DNA of 57,384 nucleotides from an uncultured virus (IMG/VR IMGVR_UViG_3300033233_000011) (IMGVR_UViG_3300033233_000011), one strand, 5' to 3'; positions 36,901 to 45,149 are shown, counted from the first letter of the stretch. Notes: generated from the sequence alone by a model not told the origin. Translations and numbers: made by a program.

Positions 36901-37069
36901 AGAAGCTCGGGTCCCAGTCGTTGCTGCGCAGCGGCGAGGAGCACTTCCACATCCCCTTGCCGGCGGGATCCAGCTTCGCGTCCATCCCCACGACGTCGGC
37001 GAGCGGGTTCTTCTGGCGGACCTCGGAGACGAAATCGCGGTACTCGTCGAGGCGGCTGCGGTCGGTCAC
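33914..37069 (-). CDS. DnaG-type (Toprim) primase fused to a P-loop helicase domain
   Basis: FDGRIMFP, IGRR, SKY, LYG, ITEGVAD, DNDENQSG, WGTSGSGKTT, IFDE. Confidence 0.9.
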   Translation of the reverse strand: MTDRSRLDEYRDFVSEVRQKNPLADVVGMDAKLDPAGKGMWKCSSPLRSNDWDPSFFLYPDGHYYDYGTRDHGDVFAYVMQRRSVDFRAAVDWLAERVGMKWQSATAGTAPIVVEELTKLVERLAVEEVLSEATAFYQKNMGEMIRKECRERWGLSDEMIEAAKIGWAPVGGMLSHYLVAIGFEKEQMLKSGLFFDRSGDPSDIFDGRIMFPYLVGERTRYMIGRRLDGHTPDTEWDQSKYKKQFVAGEKHPYVSKSVTNEWLYGEDWCRRKTDTLLITEGVADCVVAHQLKRACVSPVTTRFSAVQSERIIALLGTRRPRIVILNDNDENQSGIEGARAMAEGLYRAGHDVRIGEFPRPEGKDKIDLAEFLQQNGIDEFDKVVAASRGFLDFEIEGLGEGTPAGEMAARVDRISEMLVGRDPINREREVTRVARKIGIPRGLLAKKVQLASPKAETDSLTLRGQVLEDESGYYFVLGATGPEIISTFSIRPRERIVYENGKGEAIRVDFQTKAGKIFSGHVIEPSSWRSRRDFMGALVLPDLQFTGSDDNVQGIKKLVADVPVPSRRGRVVGPGSIEISPGRWLWACEDSRLLSTEGWVDPQEIQESVVVVNPGAFAGRLRHEPSDKKATAELASIVLPNLLRLNEPETMLALIGWFYATPLAPRIRTAIGHFPILWSWGTSGSGKTTTLREVMWPLLGVSRGQDPFSVTDTDYALIRTMSSSESIPGIFDEWRKDNGERNITRMLRLVRRIYGGEVEQRGRSNLTIDSYKLALPTVIAGESAPEEQAVLERLVVALFNRNALTPERALVLEKLTRLDLGALAGPYAQFVLGLDFSRELMASRQLAAGMLAGKTLPSRVADNALVVVFGLHLFEKWAESLGLNLQGIDARRAIGQIAESIVAAGDSSTTNALDHFIASCSVYAHAGELVENKHFAWIRQGSTASGLDRLCLYLPGCIEVYLAERKKTGQRDETFGIKAIRRIARESLERSGYVTDIDKVVSLSGRRCRCLEIDPEQLPEALECAEFPKGITRTWGGFRPGTGWPDGDQDN

Positions 37070-37087
37070 TGGATCGCACCCGAGGCG

Positions 37088-37318
37088 TCAGGCTTTTGCG
37101 GCGGGAACGATGGGAGACAGGCTCATCTCGTCGAGCAGCCCGCGGGCGTCGAGCGCACAGAGCGCCGCGAATGCCTCGTCCTCGCCGGCGGCAACCGCGT
37201 CGTCGAAGTCGTCCACGCACTGCCGGTCGTGACCCGCGTCGCGGGCAATCCTGACGACGGCCTCCCGGTAGCCCTCGTCCGGACCGCGCATGAACCCGAA
37301 GCCAACGGCGCCACTCAT
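37088..37318 (-). CDS. Small hypothetical protein
   Basis: ATGA overlap with the DinG-like gene. Confidence 0.5.
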   Translation of the reverse strand: MSGAVGFGFMRGPDEGYREAVVRIARDAGHDRQCVDDFDDAVAAGEDEAFAALCALDARGLLDEMSLSPIVPAAKA

Positions 37319-39213
37319 GGTCCTGTTCCGAGCACGTCGCGGATCGCATCCTCGGGCTTTCCGTACACGCGCATGCCGCTCGGCAGGCTGCGGATGAAGG
37401 TCTTGCCGTAACCCTTTCCGGCGAGGCGCGCGTCGAGCACGACGACGACGCCGAGGTCGGTCGTCGACCGGATGAGCCTCCCGAACCCCTGCTTGAACTG
37501 GATGACGGCGCGCGGGATCGAGTAGCGCTTGAACCAGTTCTTGTCGCTCGACGAGATGGCGTCGAGCACCGGGTCGTCCTTGTGCGGGAACGGGATCTTG
37601 TCGATGACGACGACCGAGCAGCTCTCCCCCGGAACATCCATGCCGGCCCAGAAGGACTCGGTCCCGAGCAGGCACGACGAAATGTCTTCACGAAACTGTC
37701 CAATGAGCCGCGTCCTCGGGGCCTCGTCCTGCCGCAGGATCTTGTACGGCAGCGAGCGGCCGCTGAGGTACTGGTGGGCCGCGTCGAGGTTCCTGCGGCT
37801 CGTGAACAGCGCGAGCGTGCGGCCGTGAGCGGCGAGGATGATTTTTTCGATCTCCTTCGCGCACCACAGCCCGAACCCCGGGTCGTTCGGGTCCGGCGCC
37901 GAGTCGTGCGCCACGAGCGCCGCCTGCCGCTGCCAGTCGAACGGGCTCGGGACTTCGAGCGTGTCGCAGTCCGGGACACCCGTCTCGCGGATGATGTGGT
38001 CGAACGATCCGCCCACGGATACCGTAGCGCTCGTCAGGATCGCGCTCCGGGTGTGGTCGAATAGCGAAGTCCTGATGAACGGCCCAACGTCGATCGGCTT
38101 CGAGCAGAGCGCGACCGACCGCCCCCCGTCGTCGACGAAGTAGACCGACCCGGTCTCCTCAGCGGCGGCGAGCGTCTTCACCGTGCTCGCCGCTACGGCG
38201 CATTTTTCGCGGTGGTGCTCGACGGCCTCGGCCTCCTCCTCGTTCGGCTGGCGGCGCGCGTCGTTGGCGTAGGCGCGCTCGACGGCGCCGAGGGCCGCCA
38301 CGAGCGTGTCCGCCGAGAACGGCAGCGGGCGCCTGTATCTCGGCTTGAGCGACTCCTTCACGCGCGCGAGCTGGTAGAAGAACTCGGTCGCCGCGGTCGC
38401 GATGATCGACCTCGCCGGGTCATTCTTCGGCAGGTGCCGCGCCAGGCGCCGCAGGCCGTACTCGGTGACGCGCATCCCGAAGAAGTCCTGGGCGATTCCA
38501 GAGGCCTTGTGCGCCTCGTCGAGCACGACGATGTCGAACTCCGGGAGCACCAGCGGCTGCCCCGTGTCGAGCAGCACGCGGCAGTGCGCCCAGAGCAGGT
38601 GGTAGTTCGAGACGACGACGTGCGAGTCAGCCAGCCTCTTCCTGGCCTGCTCCGCGAAGCACCGCTCGCGCTCGGGGCACTTTTTCCGCAGGCAGTCGTC
38701 GGACGTGACCGTCATGTGCTCGCGCAGGTTCGCCGCGGGCTCGAACGGCAACTCGGACACGTCGCCGCTCTTCGTCTGGTTCGCCCACTCCGTGATCCTG
38801 CTCCACGGATCTTTCTCGAACATATCGAGCTGCTGGTCCTCGTTGAACCGGTTGAACGTGTATCGACAGAGGTAGTTGTTGCGGCCCTTGGCGATGGCGA
38901 ACTCGAACGGGACTCCGAGGTGCTTTTGCAAAAAAGGCAAATCTTTGAAGATTAACTGCTCCTGAAGTGCGATGTTGGCCGTGGCGATGAGCACTCGCCT
39001 CTGCTTCTCGACCGCCCACCTGACCGTGGGCACGAGGTACGCGAGCGACTTGCCGGTCGCGACGGGGGCTTCGATCACGGCGTTGCGGCCGAGCAGGATC
39101 GCCTCGTCGATGGCGTGCGCCATCGTGATCTGCCCCGGCCGTGGTGCGTAGCCGCGCAGTTGCTGCGAGAGCGTGCCGCCCTCGCCAAAGAAGTCGTCGA
39201 TGGCGTCGGTCAC
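37315..39213 (-). CDS. DinG/YoaA-family Fe-S DNA helicase
   Basis: GTG 39213; RPGQ, EAPVATGKSLAYL, KGRNNYLC, C..KKCP...CF, DEAH, TSAT, LFTS, SFWAGMD, QGFGRLIR. Confidence 0.92.
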   Translation of the reverse strand: MTDAIDDFFGEGGTLSQQLRGYAPRPGQITMAHAIDEAILLGRNAVIEAPVATGKSLAYLVPTVRWAVEKQRRVLIATANIALQEQLIFKDLPFLQKHLGVPFEFAIAKGRNNYLCRYTFNRFNEDQQLDMFEKDPWSRITEWANQTKSGDVSELPFEPAANLREHMTVTSDDCLRKKCPERERCFAEQARKRLADSHVVVSNYHLLWAHCRVLLDTGQPLVLPEFDIVVLDEAHKASGIAQDFFGMRVTEYGLRRLARHLPKNDPARSIIATAATEFFYQLARVKESLKPRYRRPLPFSADTLVAALGAVERAYANDARRQPNEEEAEAVEHHREKCAVAASTVKTLAAAEETGSVYFVDDGGRSVALCSKPIDVGPFIRTSLFDHTRSAILTSATVSVGGSFDHIIRETGVPDCDTLEVPSPFDWQRQAALVAHDSAPDPNDPGFGLWCAKEIEKIILAAHGRTLALFTSRRNLDAAHQYLSGRSLPYKILRQDEAPRTRLIGQFREDISSCLLGTESFWAGMDVPGESCSVVVIDKIPFPHKDDPVLDAISSSDKNWFKRYSIPRAVIQFKQGFGRLIRSTTDLGVVVVLDARLAGKGYGKTFIRSLPSGMRVYGKPEDAIRDVLGTGP

Positions 39214-40589
39214 TGGCACGTCTCCCTCACTTCGATCCCGATCTTCTTGTACGTCGCGCGGCGGGCCTTCCAGCGCGAGTAGAGCGTCTCGTCGTCGTGG
39301 TCGACCACGTCGTAGAGCACTGGCTTCTTGCCGGGGAAGTTGCGCATGAGCCTGCCAGTCTTCTGGATCGTCCGACTCTTGGCGCGCTCCGGCAGCGCGA
39401 GCACGATGGCTCCGAGCCGGGGCACGTCCACGCCCTCGTGCGCGAGCTGGGTCGAGACCATGACCGGGAGCTTCCCCGACCTGAAGTCCTCGAAGGCGGT
39501 TCTGCGCTCCGCCCTCGGGGTCTTGCTGGTCACCGCCAGCGCCTCTCTGCCGATCTTCGCGGCTAGCAGGTTGCAGTGCTCGACGTGGTTCGAGAGAACC
39601 AGGGCGCTCTGTCCGATGGATTGGGTTTTGGCAACGAGTCGCACGATCAGCGTATTCCGCTCTTCGTCCCCGACGATCGCCTCGGTCAGCGCGGCGAGCC
39701 TGCGCTTGTCCGGCCCCTGCCAGTTGAACTTGAACCGGCTCTCGACCGCCTCGACCGTCGGCATCGTCAGCCAGCCGCGGTCGACGAGTTGCTGCGCGCT
39801 GCGCTCGGTCAGGCGCGGACCGAAGGACCAGTCGACCCAGGACCCGAGGCCGTCCTCGCGGTCTGGGGTCGCGGTCAGGCCGACGCGCCAGCGCCCCGGC
39901 AGCCGCGCGAGCGCGGACTGCAGCATCGCCGCGGGCACGCGGTGCGCCTCGTCGACGATGACCAGCCCCCAGGACCGGCCGACGGACGGCAGTTCGCTCA
40001 AGAGGGCGTTCAGCGTGTTGATGACGGCGACCGTGACGCCGCGCAGGTGTGTCTTTCCTCGGTGGATTACGCCCGCTTTGATCCCGAGCTTTTCGTCGAT
40101 CGTCTCGACCCACTGGTCGAGCAGGTCGCTCGTGTGCACGACGACCAGCGCCGTGCGCGACACCTCCGCGATGCAGGCCGCCCCGAGCATCGTCTTGCCG
40201 CCGCCGCAGGGCAGCACGACCAGGCCCTGGAGCGTCTTCACGAGGCCCTCGGACCCCTCCGCCTGGTAGTCGCGCAAGGCGTACTCGCGCTTCGGCACGA
40301 AGATCGGGTCACCCAGGGAGCGCTGGTCGGTGAGCCTGACCGAGTGCCCCTCCTCTTCGATCACCTTCCTCACGATCGCGACGGCGCCGCGGGGAACACG
40401 CAGCCCCGACGGTAACTCGACCGTCGCGTGCCGGCGTGGGTCGATGTCCGCCGTGGGCGCCTTGCGGATCACGGCGCGTGTGAACTCGGGGTTGGGGAGC
40501 GACAACTCGACGCGCAGCCGCTCGTGTACCTTCGGGTGCGGGCTCAGCAGTGTGATCGATCCGTCGACGACGCACTCGATTTCAGGCAA
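39210..40589 (-). CDS. SF2 DEAH helicase (UvsW/XPB-like)
   Basis: LRDYQ, PCGGGKT, DEAH, GLTATPDREDG, EGVDVP, QKTGRLMR. Confidence 0.92.
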   Translation of the reverse strand: MPEIECVVDGSITLLSPHPKVHERLRVELSLPNPEFTRAVIRKAPTADIDPRRHATVELPSGLRVPRGAVAIVRKVIEEEGHSVRLTDQRSLGDPIFVPKREYALRDYQAEGSEGLVKTLQGLVVLPCGGGKTMLGAACIAEVSRTALVVVHTSDLLDQWVETIDEKLGIKAGVIHRGKTHLRGVTVAVINTLNALLSELPSVGRSWGLVIVDEAHRVPAAMLQSALARLPGRWRVGLTATPDREDGLGSWVDWSFGPRLTERSAQQLVDRGWLTMPTVEAVESRFKFNWQGPDKRRLAALTEAIVGDEERNTLIVRLVAKTQSIGQSALVLSNHVEHCNLLAAKIGREALAVTSKTPRAERRTAFEDFRSGKLPVMVSTQLAHEGVDVPRLGAIVLALPERAKSRTIQKTGRLMRNFPGKKPVLYDVVDHDDETLYSRWKARRATYKKIGIEVRETCQ

Positions 40590-40827
40590 CTCGGCTCCTC
40601 TCGATCCGCTCCAGGATCTTCTGACACGTCACGAACGACGCCCGCGCCGCCTGGTGGTACATCTGCGGCGCGTCGTCGAAGTCGAACCAGTCGTCGGGGT
40701 CCTCGCCCGGGGCGCCGCTTGCTCCAGCGGTGGCCCAGCGGGCGAGTCGCCCGATCCGTTCAGCGCCGTAGCCGGCCGACCTCCGGAAGTCCCCTGCTTC
40801 CGGGAGGCCGACCAACTCGGCCCGCAG

Positions 40828-41538
40828 TCACGCGAAGGGGTCGACCTCCGCGGCGGGGGCCTTCGCGGCGCCGCCGGCGAGCTTCTCGACGAGCGCGACC
40901 GCCTCGGCCTGCCGACTCTTCGGCACGTCGCGGATCTTCTTCACGTTGAAGGTTGCCAGGAACTCCGAGATCGCGGACTGCGGCAACTCCTTCAGCTTCG
41001 CCACGATCTGGTTGCCGACCTCCTGGTCGAGCGTCGCGGAGCCGGCCGCGGCGGCGCCGTTCGATCCGGCCGCCTTGTCGTCGCCGGAATCCTCGGCGTC
41101 CTTCTTCAGGTCGTACAGTTCGAGCTTGCCGAGGTCCACCTTGTCCGCGTCCACGATCAGCACCTCGGGCAGGATCGAGTACGTGGTCTTCGGGCTCTTG
41201 GCGGCGCCGCTGCGCTTGATCTCGAAGTACCAGTTCGCGACGCCGTACTTCTCCTTCACGGCGAGCATGGTCTGGAAGACCATGACCGACATCTCGAAGA
41301 TCTGAACCTTCTTCGCCTCGCGGTTGAAGACGTTCATCGAGACGCGCAGGGAGGCCTTTTCGGCTCCCGCGGGCGCCGCATTGTACGTCTCCTCCTTCTC
41401 GTTCCAGACGACCTCGCGGGCGAACGGCTCGCCCACGAAGGCGACGACGATCTTGTCGCCGTCGTTCTGCAGGCGCAGGTACTTTCCCGCTCCCTGGTGC
41501 TTCTTCGCCAGTGCTTCTGCTTCTTCCCATGCTCCCAT
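40828..41538 (-). CDS. Putative single-stranded DNA-binding protein
   Basis: YLRLQNDGD, FEIKRSG...TTYSILP, acidic-aromatic tail EVDPFA; sits in the replication operon. Confidence 0.6.
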   Translation of the reverse strand: MGAWEEAEALAKKHQGAGKYLRLQNDGDKIVVAFVGEPFAREVVWNEKEETYNAAPAGAEKASLRVSMNVFNREAKKVQIFEMSVMVFQTMLAVKEKYGVANWYFEIKRSGAAKSPKTTYSILPEVLIVDADKVDLGKLELYDLKKDAEDSGDDKAAGSNGAAAAGSATLDQEVGNQIVAKLKELPQSAISEFLATFNVKKIRDVPKSRQAEAVALVEKLAGGAAKAPAAEVDPFA

Positions 41539-41712
41539 GACGAGACTCCTCTGCTGTCCGAGCTTGGCCCGGTGGTTGGTGTGGTCGTCGCCCGTGGGCG
41601 CGGCCGCGTTTTTCTGCTAGATTCAGTTCCCGCGGGCGCTCGCTCGCGGCGCCCCGGTCTTTGGTAGGTCCGGCAAGATCCCTCGGGGCGAGCGCCCGCT
41701 ACACCTCCCTCG

Positions 41713-41922
41713 TCATGATGCGGCCAGGCCCATCATCCGCAGCAGGCCCGGCCATCGTTTTTCGAGAGCGACGAGTTGGCCGACCCTCGGGTCGACGTCG
41801 CCGTTCTCCCAGTTGTAGACGGTCTGCCGGCTGACGGCGGCCGCGCTCGCCACGTCCTCGGGGCTGAGTTCGTTGCGCTCGCGCCACTTCTTGATCGCCT
41901 GCGCGGTCCTCGTCTCCGACAC
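41713..41922 (-). CDS. XRE/Cro-like HTH regulator
   Basis: IKKWRERNELSPEDVASAAAVSRQTVYNWENG..DP; GTG 41922. Confidence 0.85.
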   Translation of the reverse strand: MSETRTAQAIKKWRERNELSPEDVASAAAVSRQTVYNWENGDVDPRVGQLVALEKRWPGLLRMMGLAAS

Positions 41923-41929
41923 GGTCCGT

Positions 41930-41958
41930 AAGCTAGATCCTGTCCGTAATTTCGTCAA
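41930..41958 (-). promoter_or_regulatory. Leftward sigma70 promoter, probably giving a leaderless mRNA
   Basis: TTGACG-N17-TAGCTT ending 7 nt before GTG 41922. Confidence 0.65.
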
Positions 41959-42095
41959 GGAATTTAGACTAGAGGTGTGACAGATCTTGTCCGGTCTCGG
42001 CGACCGATCTAGAGTGCTTCGTGAATGACGACGCCGAACCTCGCGGAGATCATGGCGCGCACTCCGGGGCCACCGATCGCGTCTGTCGCATCTGC

Positions 42096-42125
42096 TTGAC
42101 AGCCGTGTCGCCCCTGGTTGACACT
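42096..42125 (+). promoter_or_regulatory. Rightward sigma70 promoter, probably giving a leaderless mRNA
   Basis: TTGACA-N18-GACACT ending 7 nt before GTG 42133. Confidence 0.5.
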
Positions 42126-42132
42126 GCTCCTC

Positions 42133-42348
42133 GTGCCCTCCGTCCCCGCCGCCCTCCGCTCCTGGCGCACCTCGCACCGCCTCTCCTGCGCCGCCGTCGG
42201 CCGGCTCGCGGGTGTGACCCGGCAAGCCGTCTGGAGCTGGGAGCGCGGCAGAGGCCACCCGAGCCCCGAGCAGCTCCTCTCGATGAACGACGCCCACCCG
42301 GGCCTCTGCGCGGCCCTGGGCCTGTGCGGGCCGAGGAGGGGCCGGTGA
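42133..42348 (+). CDS. XRE/Cro-like HTH regulator
   Basis: LRSWRTSHRLSCAAVGRLAGVTRQAVWSWERG..HP. Confidence 0.8.
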   Translation: MPSVPAALRSWRTSHRLSCAAVGRLAGVTRQAVWSWERGRGHPSPEQLLSMNDAHPGLCAALGLCGPRRGR

Positions 42349-42557
42349 GCCGGTCCAAGGTGCTGGTTCACCCGAAGGCGCTCGCCTGGGCGCGGGAGTG
42401 CCTCGCTCGCGCTCAGCGCGAGGGCCGCGGGGTTGAGACCGACCAGCAGCGCGCCGACGTCTTGCAGCGGGAGATCCTGGCTCGGCTCCGGCCTGGGCGG
42501 CATCCGCCCGAGGCGCTGGGCGAGGACTGGTCCCGTCGGCGCGGGAGGGGCCGGTGA
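42345..42557 (+). CDS. Small hypothetical protein
   Basis: GTGA overlaps at both ends. Confidence 0.5.
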   Translation: MSRSKVLVHPKALAWARECLARAQREGRGVETDQQRADVLQREILARLRPGRHPPEALGEDWSRRRGRGR

Positions 42558-42802
42558 CCCACGCCCACCCCGCCCCCGTCCCGCTCTCACCTGAGCAGCG
42601 CGAGAGGCTGCTCGGCTGGCTCGACGACGGCCTGACCTGGATGACCGCCGCGAAGCGCGCGGAGTTCCTCGCGCTGCTGCCGCCGGCCGTCGGCGCGCTC
42701 GCGGGCTTCCACGCCCTCGGGGTCCAGGACTATCCCGGCACGCAGGGCGAGGAGATCGTGCGGTTGACCGCTGACTGGATGCGCCGCAAGAGGGGATCAT
42801 GA
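42554..42802 (+). CDS. Small hypothetical protein
   Basis: Coupled ORF. Confidence 0.55.
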   Translation: MTHAHPAPVPLSPEQRERLLGWLDDGLTWMTAAKRAEFLALLPPAVGALAGFHALGVQDYPGTQGEEIVRLTADWMRRKRGS

Positions 42803-43056
42803 CCGAGCGCCCCGCAGAACTGGGTCACTGGGAGTTCTCCGGTTGTGAGATTATCCCGGTGTCCTCGTGCACCCCCAGCTACAACGAAGCCGGCTGCTTC
42901 TGCGACGGCAGCGGTGACGTGCGTTGCACCGTGTGTGGTGGCGCGGGTGAGGTTGGCGAGAGCGACGGGGACGGCACGGTCGACACTTGGGTGAGTGCCT
43001 GCCCGGAATGCCGCGGGCGCGGCTTCTTGGTGTGCCCAGCACACGAGGGCGACTGA
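42799..43056 (+). CDS. DnaJ-type CxxCxGxG zinc-finger small protein
   Basis: CFCDGSG, CTVCGGAG, CPECRGRG. Confidence 0.65.
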   Translation: MTERPAELGHWEFSGCEIIPVSSCTPSYNEAGCFCDGSGDVRCTVCGGAGEVGESDGDGTVDTWVSACPECRGRGFLVCPAHEGD

Positions 43057-43388
43057 TGAAGATCCTTCCCGACGAGTGCTTGAAGGCGATCCTCTGCGCC
43101 AAGGAGCGGGGCTGGGATCCGTGGCAGGTCGGGTTCGAGGACGTTCTCGGTCTCGTCGTGTGGAAGCCGCCGCACGAGGTGCTCCTGGCGGACACCGTCA
43201 GGAGCGTCGAGGAGATCGACGCGATTTCGGAAGGCTCCGGGTACCCGCTCTCAACAGAGATCCAGGCGGCGCTCAAGGATCTGCCGCGACGGCCGGGCGA
43301 GTTACGGGTCGTCGTCATCTGCCTCGGGCGCGAGCCGGCCGGCTACGTGACGGTGCTCACGAACCACGATGCTCCTGGTCAACAGTGA
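43056..43388 (+). CDS. Hypothetical protein
   Basis: ATG 43056 overlaps the upstream stop. Confidence 0.55.
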   Translation: MKILPDECLKAILCAKERGWDPWQVGFEDVLGLVVWKPPHEVLLADTVRSVEEIDAISEGSGYPLSTEIQAALKDLPRRPGELRVVVICLGREPAGYVTVLTNHDAPGQQ

Positions 43389-43618
43389 TGGCCGCCTGCT
43401 ACTACTGCCGGCGCGAGCTGCCGCGAACCCTGCTCACGAGGGAGCACCGCCGCCCGAGGAGCCGCCACGGCGGTGGGGGCAAGAACGTGGTGCTCGCGTG
43501 CGAGGCGTGCAACGCGAAGAAGGCGGACCGCACGGAGGCCGAGTTCCGCGCCGGCGTGATGAGCCCGCGGCAGGCGCGCGCCTCGCTGCGGCTCTGGTCG
43601 CGGGTGCGGGGCGCGTGA
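43388..43618 (+). CDS. Minimal HNH endonuclease (McrA-like)
   Basis: CYYC...TREHRRPRSRHGG...NVVLACEACNAKK. Confidence 0.8.
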   Translation: MAACYYCRRELPRTLLTREHRRPRSRHGGGGKNVVLACEACNAKKADRTEAEFRAGVMSPRQARASLRLWSRVRGA

Positions 43619-43977
43619 TGGCCCACCTCGTGATCCACACCCCCGAGGGCCGCGCGACGGTCCGTCTTCAGGACCTGAATACGCTCGGGCGGCACCCGTC
43701 GAACACGATCCAGTTGCTCGACAAGATCGTCTCGAAGCAGCACTGCGTCGTCGAGCGCCGCCGGGACGGGTACGTGCTGCGCGACCTCGGCAGCATGAAC
43801 GGTACGTGCGTCAACGGCCGGCGCCTGAGCGGCGAGCACCTGCTCAGGCACGCCGACGAGATCGTGATCGGCGGCTCGCGGGTCTTCTTCGAGGCGGAGC
43901 GGGTCGAGGCGGAGGAGGAACCGGACGAGCGCGTCGAGCTTGAAGACGGCTGCGTCGGGGCGGTGTCGCAGCGATGA
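43618..43977 (+). CDS. Stand-alone FHA-domain protein
   Basis: LGRHPSNTIQLLDKIVSKQHC...LRDLGSMNGTCVNG...LRHADEIVIG. Confidence 0.9.
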   Translation: MAHLVIHTPEGRATVRLQDLNTLGRHPSNTIQLLDKIVSKQHCVVERRRDGYVLRDLGSMNGTCVNGRRLSGEHLLRHADEIVIGGSRVFFEAERVEAEEEPDERVELEDGCVGAVSQR

Positions 43978-43993
43978 CACGGAGAACTGACCA

Positions 43994-44554
43994 ATGAGCA
44001 TGAACGTTTCCTGTGACGTCCCCGGCTGTGCGAGTCGTGCATCCGCCGAGATGGTGGCGTACGAGGGCGGGCAACTGCCCGAGGGCTGGCACTCGCTCGA
44101 CGAGGATCGGTGCGCCTGCCCGGACCACGACAGCGATCTCATCCAGGTCCTGGCGGGCTTGTCGTACCTGCAGCTCGGGTTGCAGGACATCGAGCAGGGT
44201 GACTTCAGTTACCAGCGGCTGCTCTGGTCGTACGAGCACCTGCGCGCCGGGCGCGTGATCGCCTGGGAGTGCGCGATCCCGGGGTGCGCAACGCGGATGC
44301 TCGGCAGGCCGCAGGAGCCGCCGGAGGGCTGGACGTTGCTCGGCTTGCGCTACGGCTGCGCCGAGCACGCGCGTCTCATCGAGCTGCTGAACGGGATCCG
44401 GGATCTTTCGAGCGCGTTGTGGGTCCTGTGCAACGAGCCGCTTCCGGTGAAGAAGTCTCGGCGCTGCTGTCAGCAGCGTGACGAGACCCGGAACGACGCG
44501 CTCAGTCACTGGTTGCCGCGGGCGACGGCGCACCTGCGGGCGGCGGCAGCGTGA
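43994..44554 (+). CDS. Protein with two CxxPGC...PEGW...CxxH modules
   Basis: Internal duplication visible in the translation. Confidence 0.65.
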   Translation: MSMNVSCDVPGCASRASAEMVAYEGGQLPEGWHSLDEDRCACPDHDSDLIQVLAGLSYLQLGLQDIEQGDFSYQRLLWSYEHLRAGRVIAWECAIPGCATRMLGRPQEPPEGWTLLGLRYGCAEHARLIELLNGIRDLSSALWVLCNEPLPVKKSRRCCQQRDETRNDALSHWLPRATAHLRAAAA

Positions 44555-44904
44555 CCGACCCCGTCGACGCCTTCGGCGCGGCCGCCGATCAGCTCGGCGA
44601 CGCGCTCGACCAAGCTGAGGTGTTGTTTGAGAAGCGGTTCCGGGTCTCGGCGTCGGTGCAGCTACAGTTCCTTCCTGGCGCCAGTTTGCACTATCGTAGG
44701 ACCGGCAGCGTTTGGGGGCTCTCCGTCGGGCCCGTCGAGTACACGGAGTTGCGCAAGGTTCCATTGATTACTCGGCAGATGGCCGCGCACAAGCTCGACG
44801 AGTTGTGGCAGGAGTGCGAGAGCATCGAGGCCGCGGTCTCGAAGGACGTGGTCGAGGCGCGGCAAGTGGTGCTCGCGTTCCTGGAGAGGCGAGGTTCGAA
44901 GTGA
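44551..44904 (+). CDS. Hypothetical protein
   Basis: Coupled ORF. Confidence 0.6.
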   Translation: MTDPVDAFGAAADQLGDALDQAEVLFEKRFRVSASVQLQFLPGASLHYRRTGSVWGLSVGPVEYTELRKVPLITRQMAAHKLDELWQECESIEAAVSKDVVEARQVVLAFLERRGSK

Positions 44905-45149
44905 AGCCCTGCCCCGCGACCGCGGCCCGCGTCGACGGCCCCGTGCCCGGCACCTGCCGCTGCACGCTCCCGAGGGCCCACGCCGGCCCGCACCTGTGCG
45001 AGCACGGCTTCCGGTTCACGGACGCGGAGCGCACCGACCGGCCGAAGCTGCCCGTTCGGGACGCGCGCCTGCGCGAGATGGCGGGCGTGCCGGTCCCGGG
45101 CGTGAGGATCGTGGGCGAGGTGCGGCCGCACCGGAAGACGGAGACCTGA
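44901..45149 (+). CDS. Small Cys/His protein
   Basis: CTLPRAHAGPH motif, similar to CKLPKGHEGPH in 22225-22533. Confidence 0.5.
   Translation: MKPCPATAARVDGPVPGTCRCTLPRAHAGPHLCEHGFRFTDAERTDRPKLPVRDARLREMAGVPVPGVRIVGEVRPHRKTET

Noticed and set aside
30679..39213. Cas4-like nuclease plus DinG read as a CRISPR-Cas (type IV) system
   Set aside because: No repeat-spacer array or Cas5/6/7-like genes seen; the context is a replication/recombination operon
40582..40815. 77-aa ORF between the SSB-like and helicase genes
   Set aside because: Plausible gap-filler, but start unclear and no supporting motif
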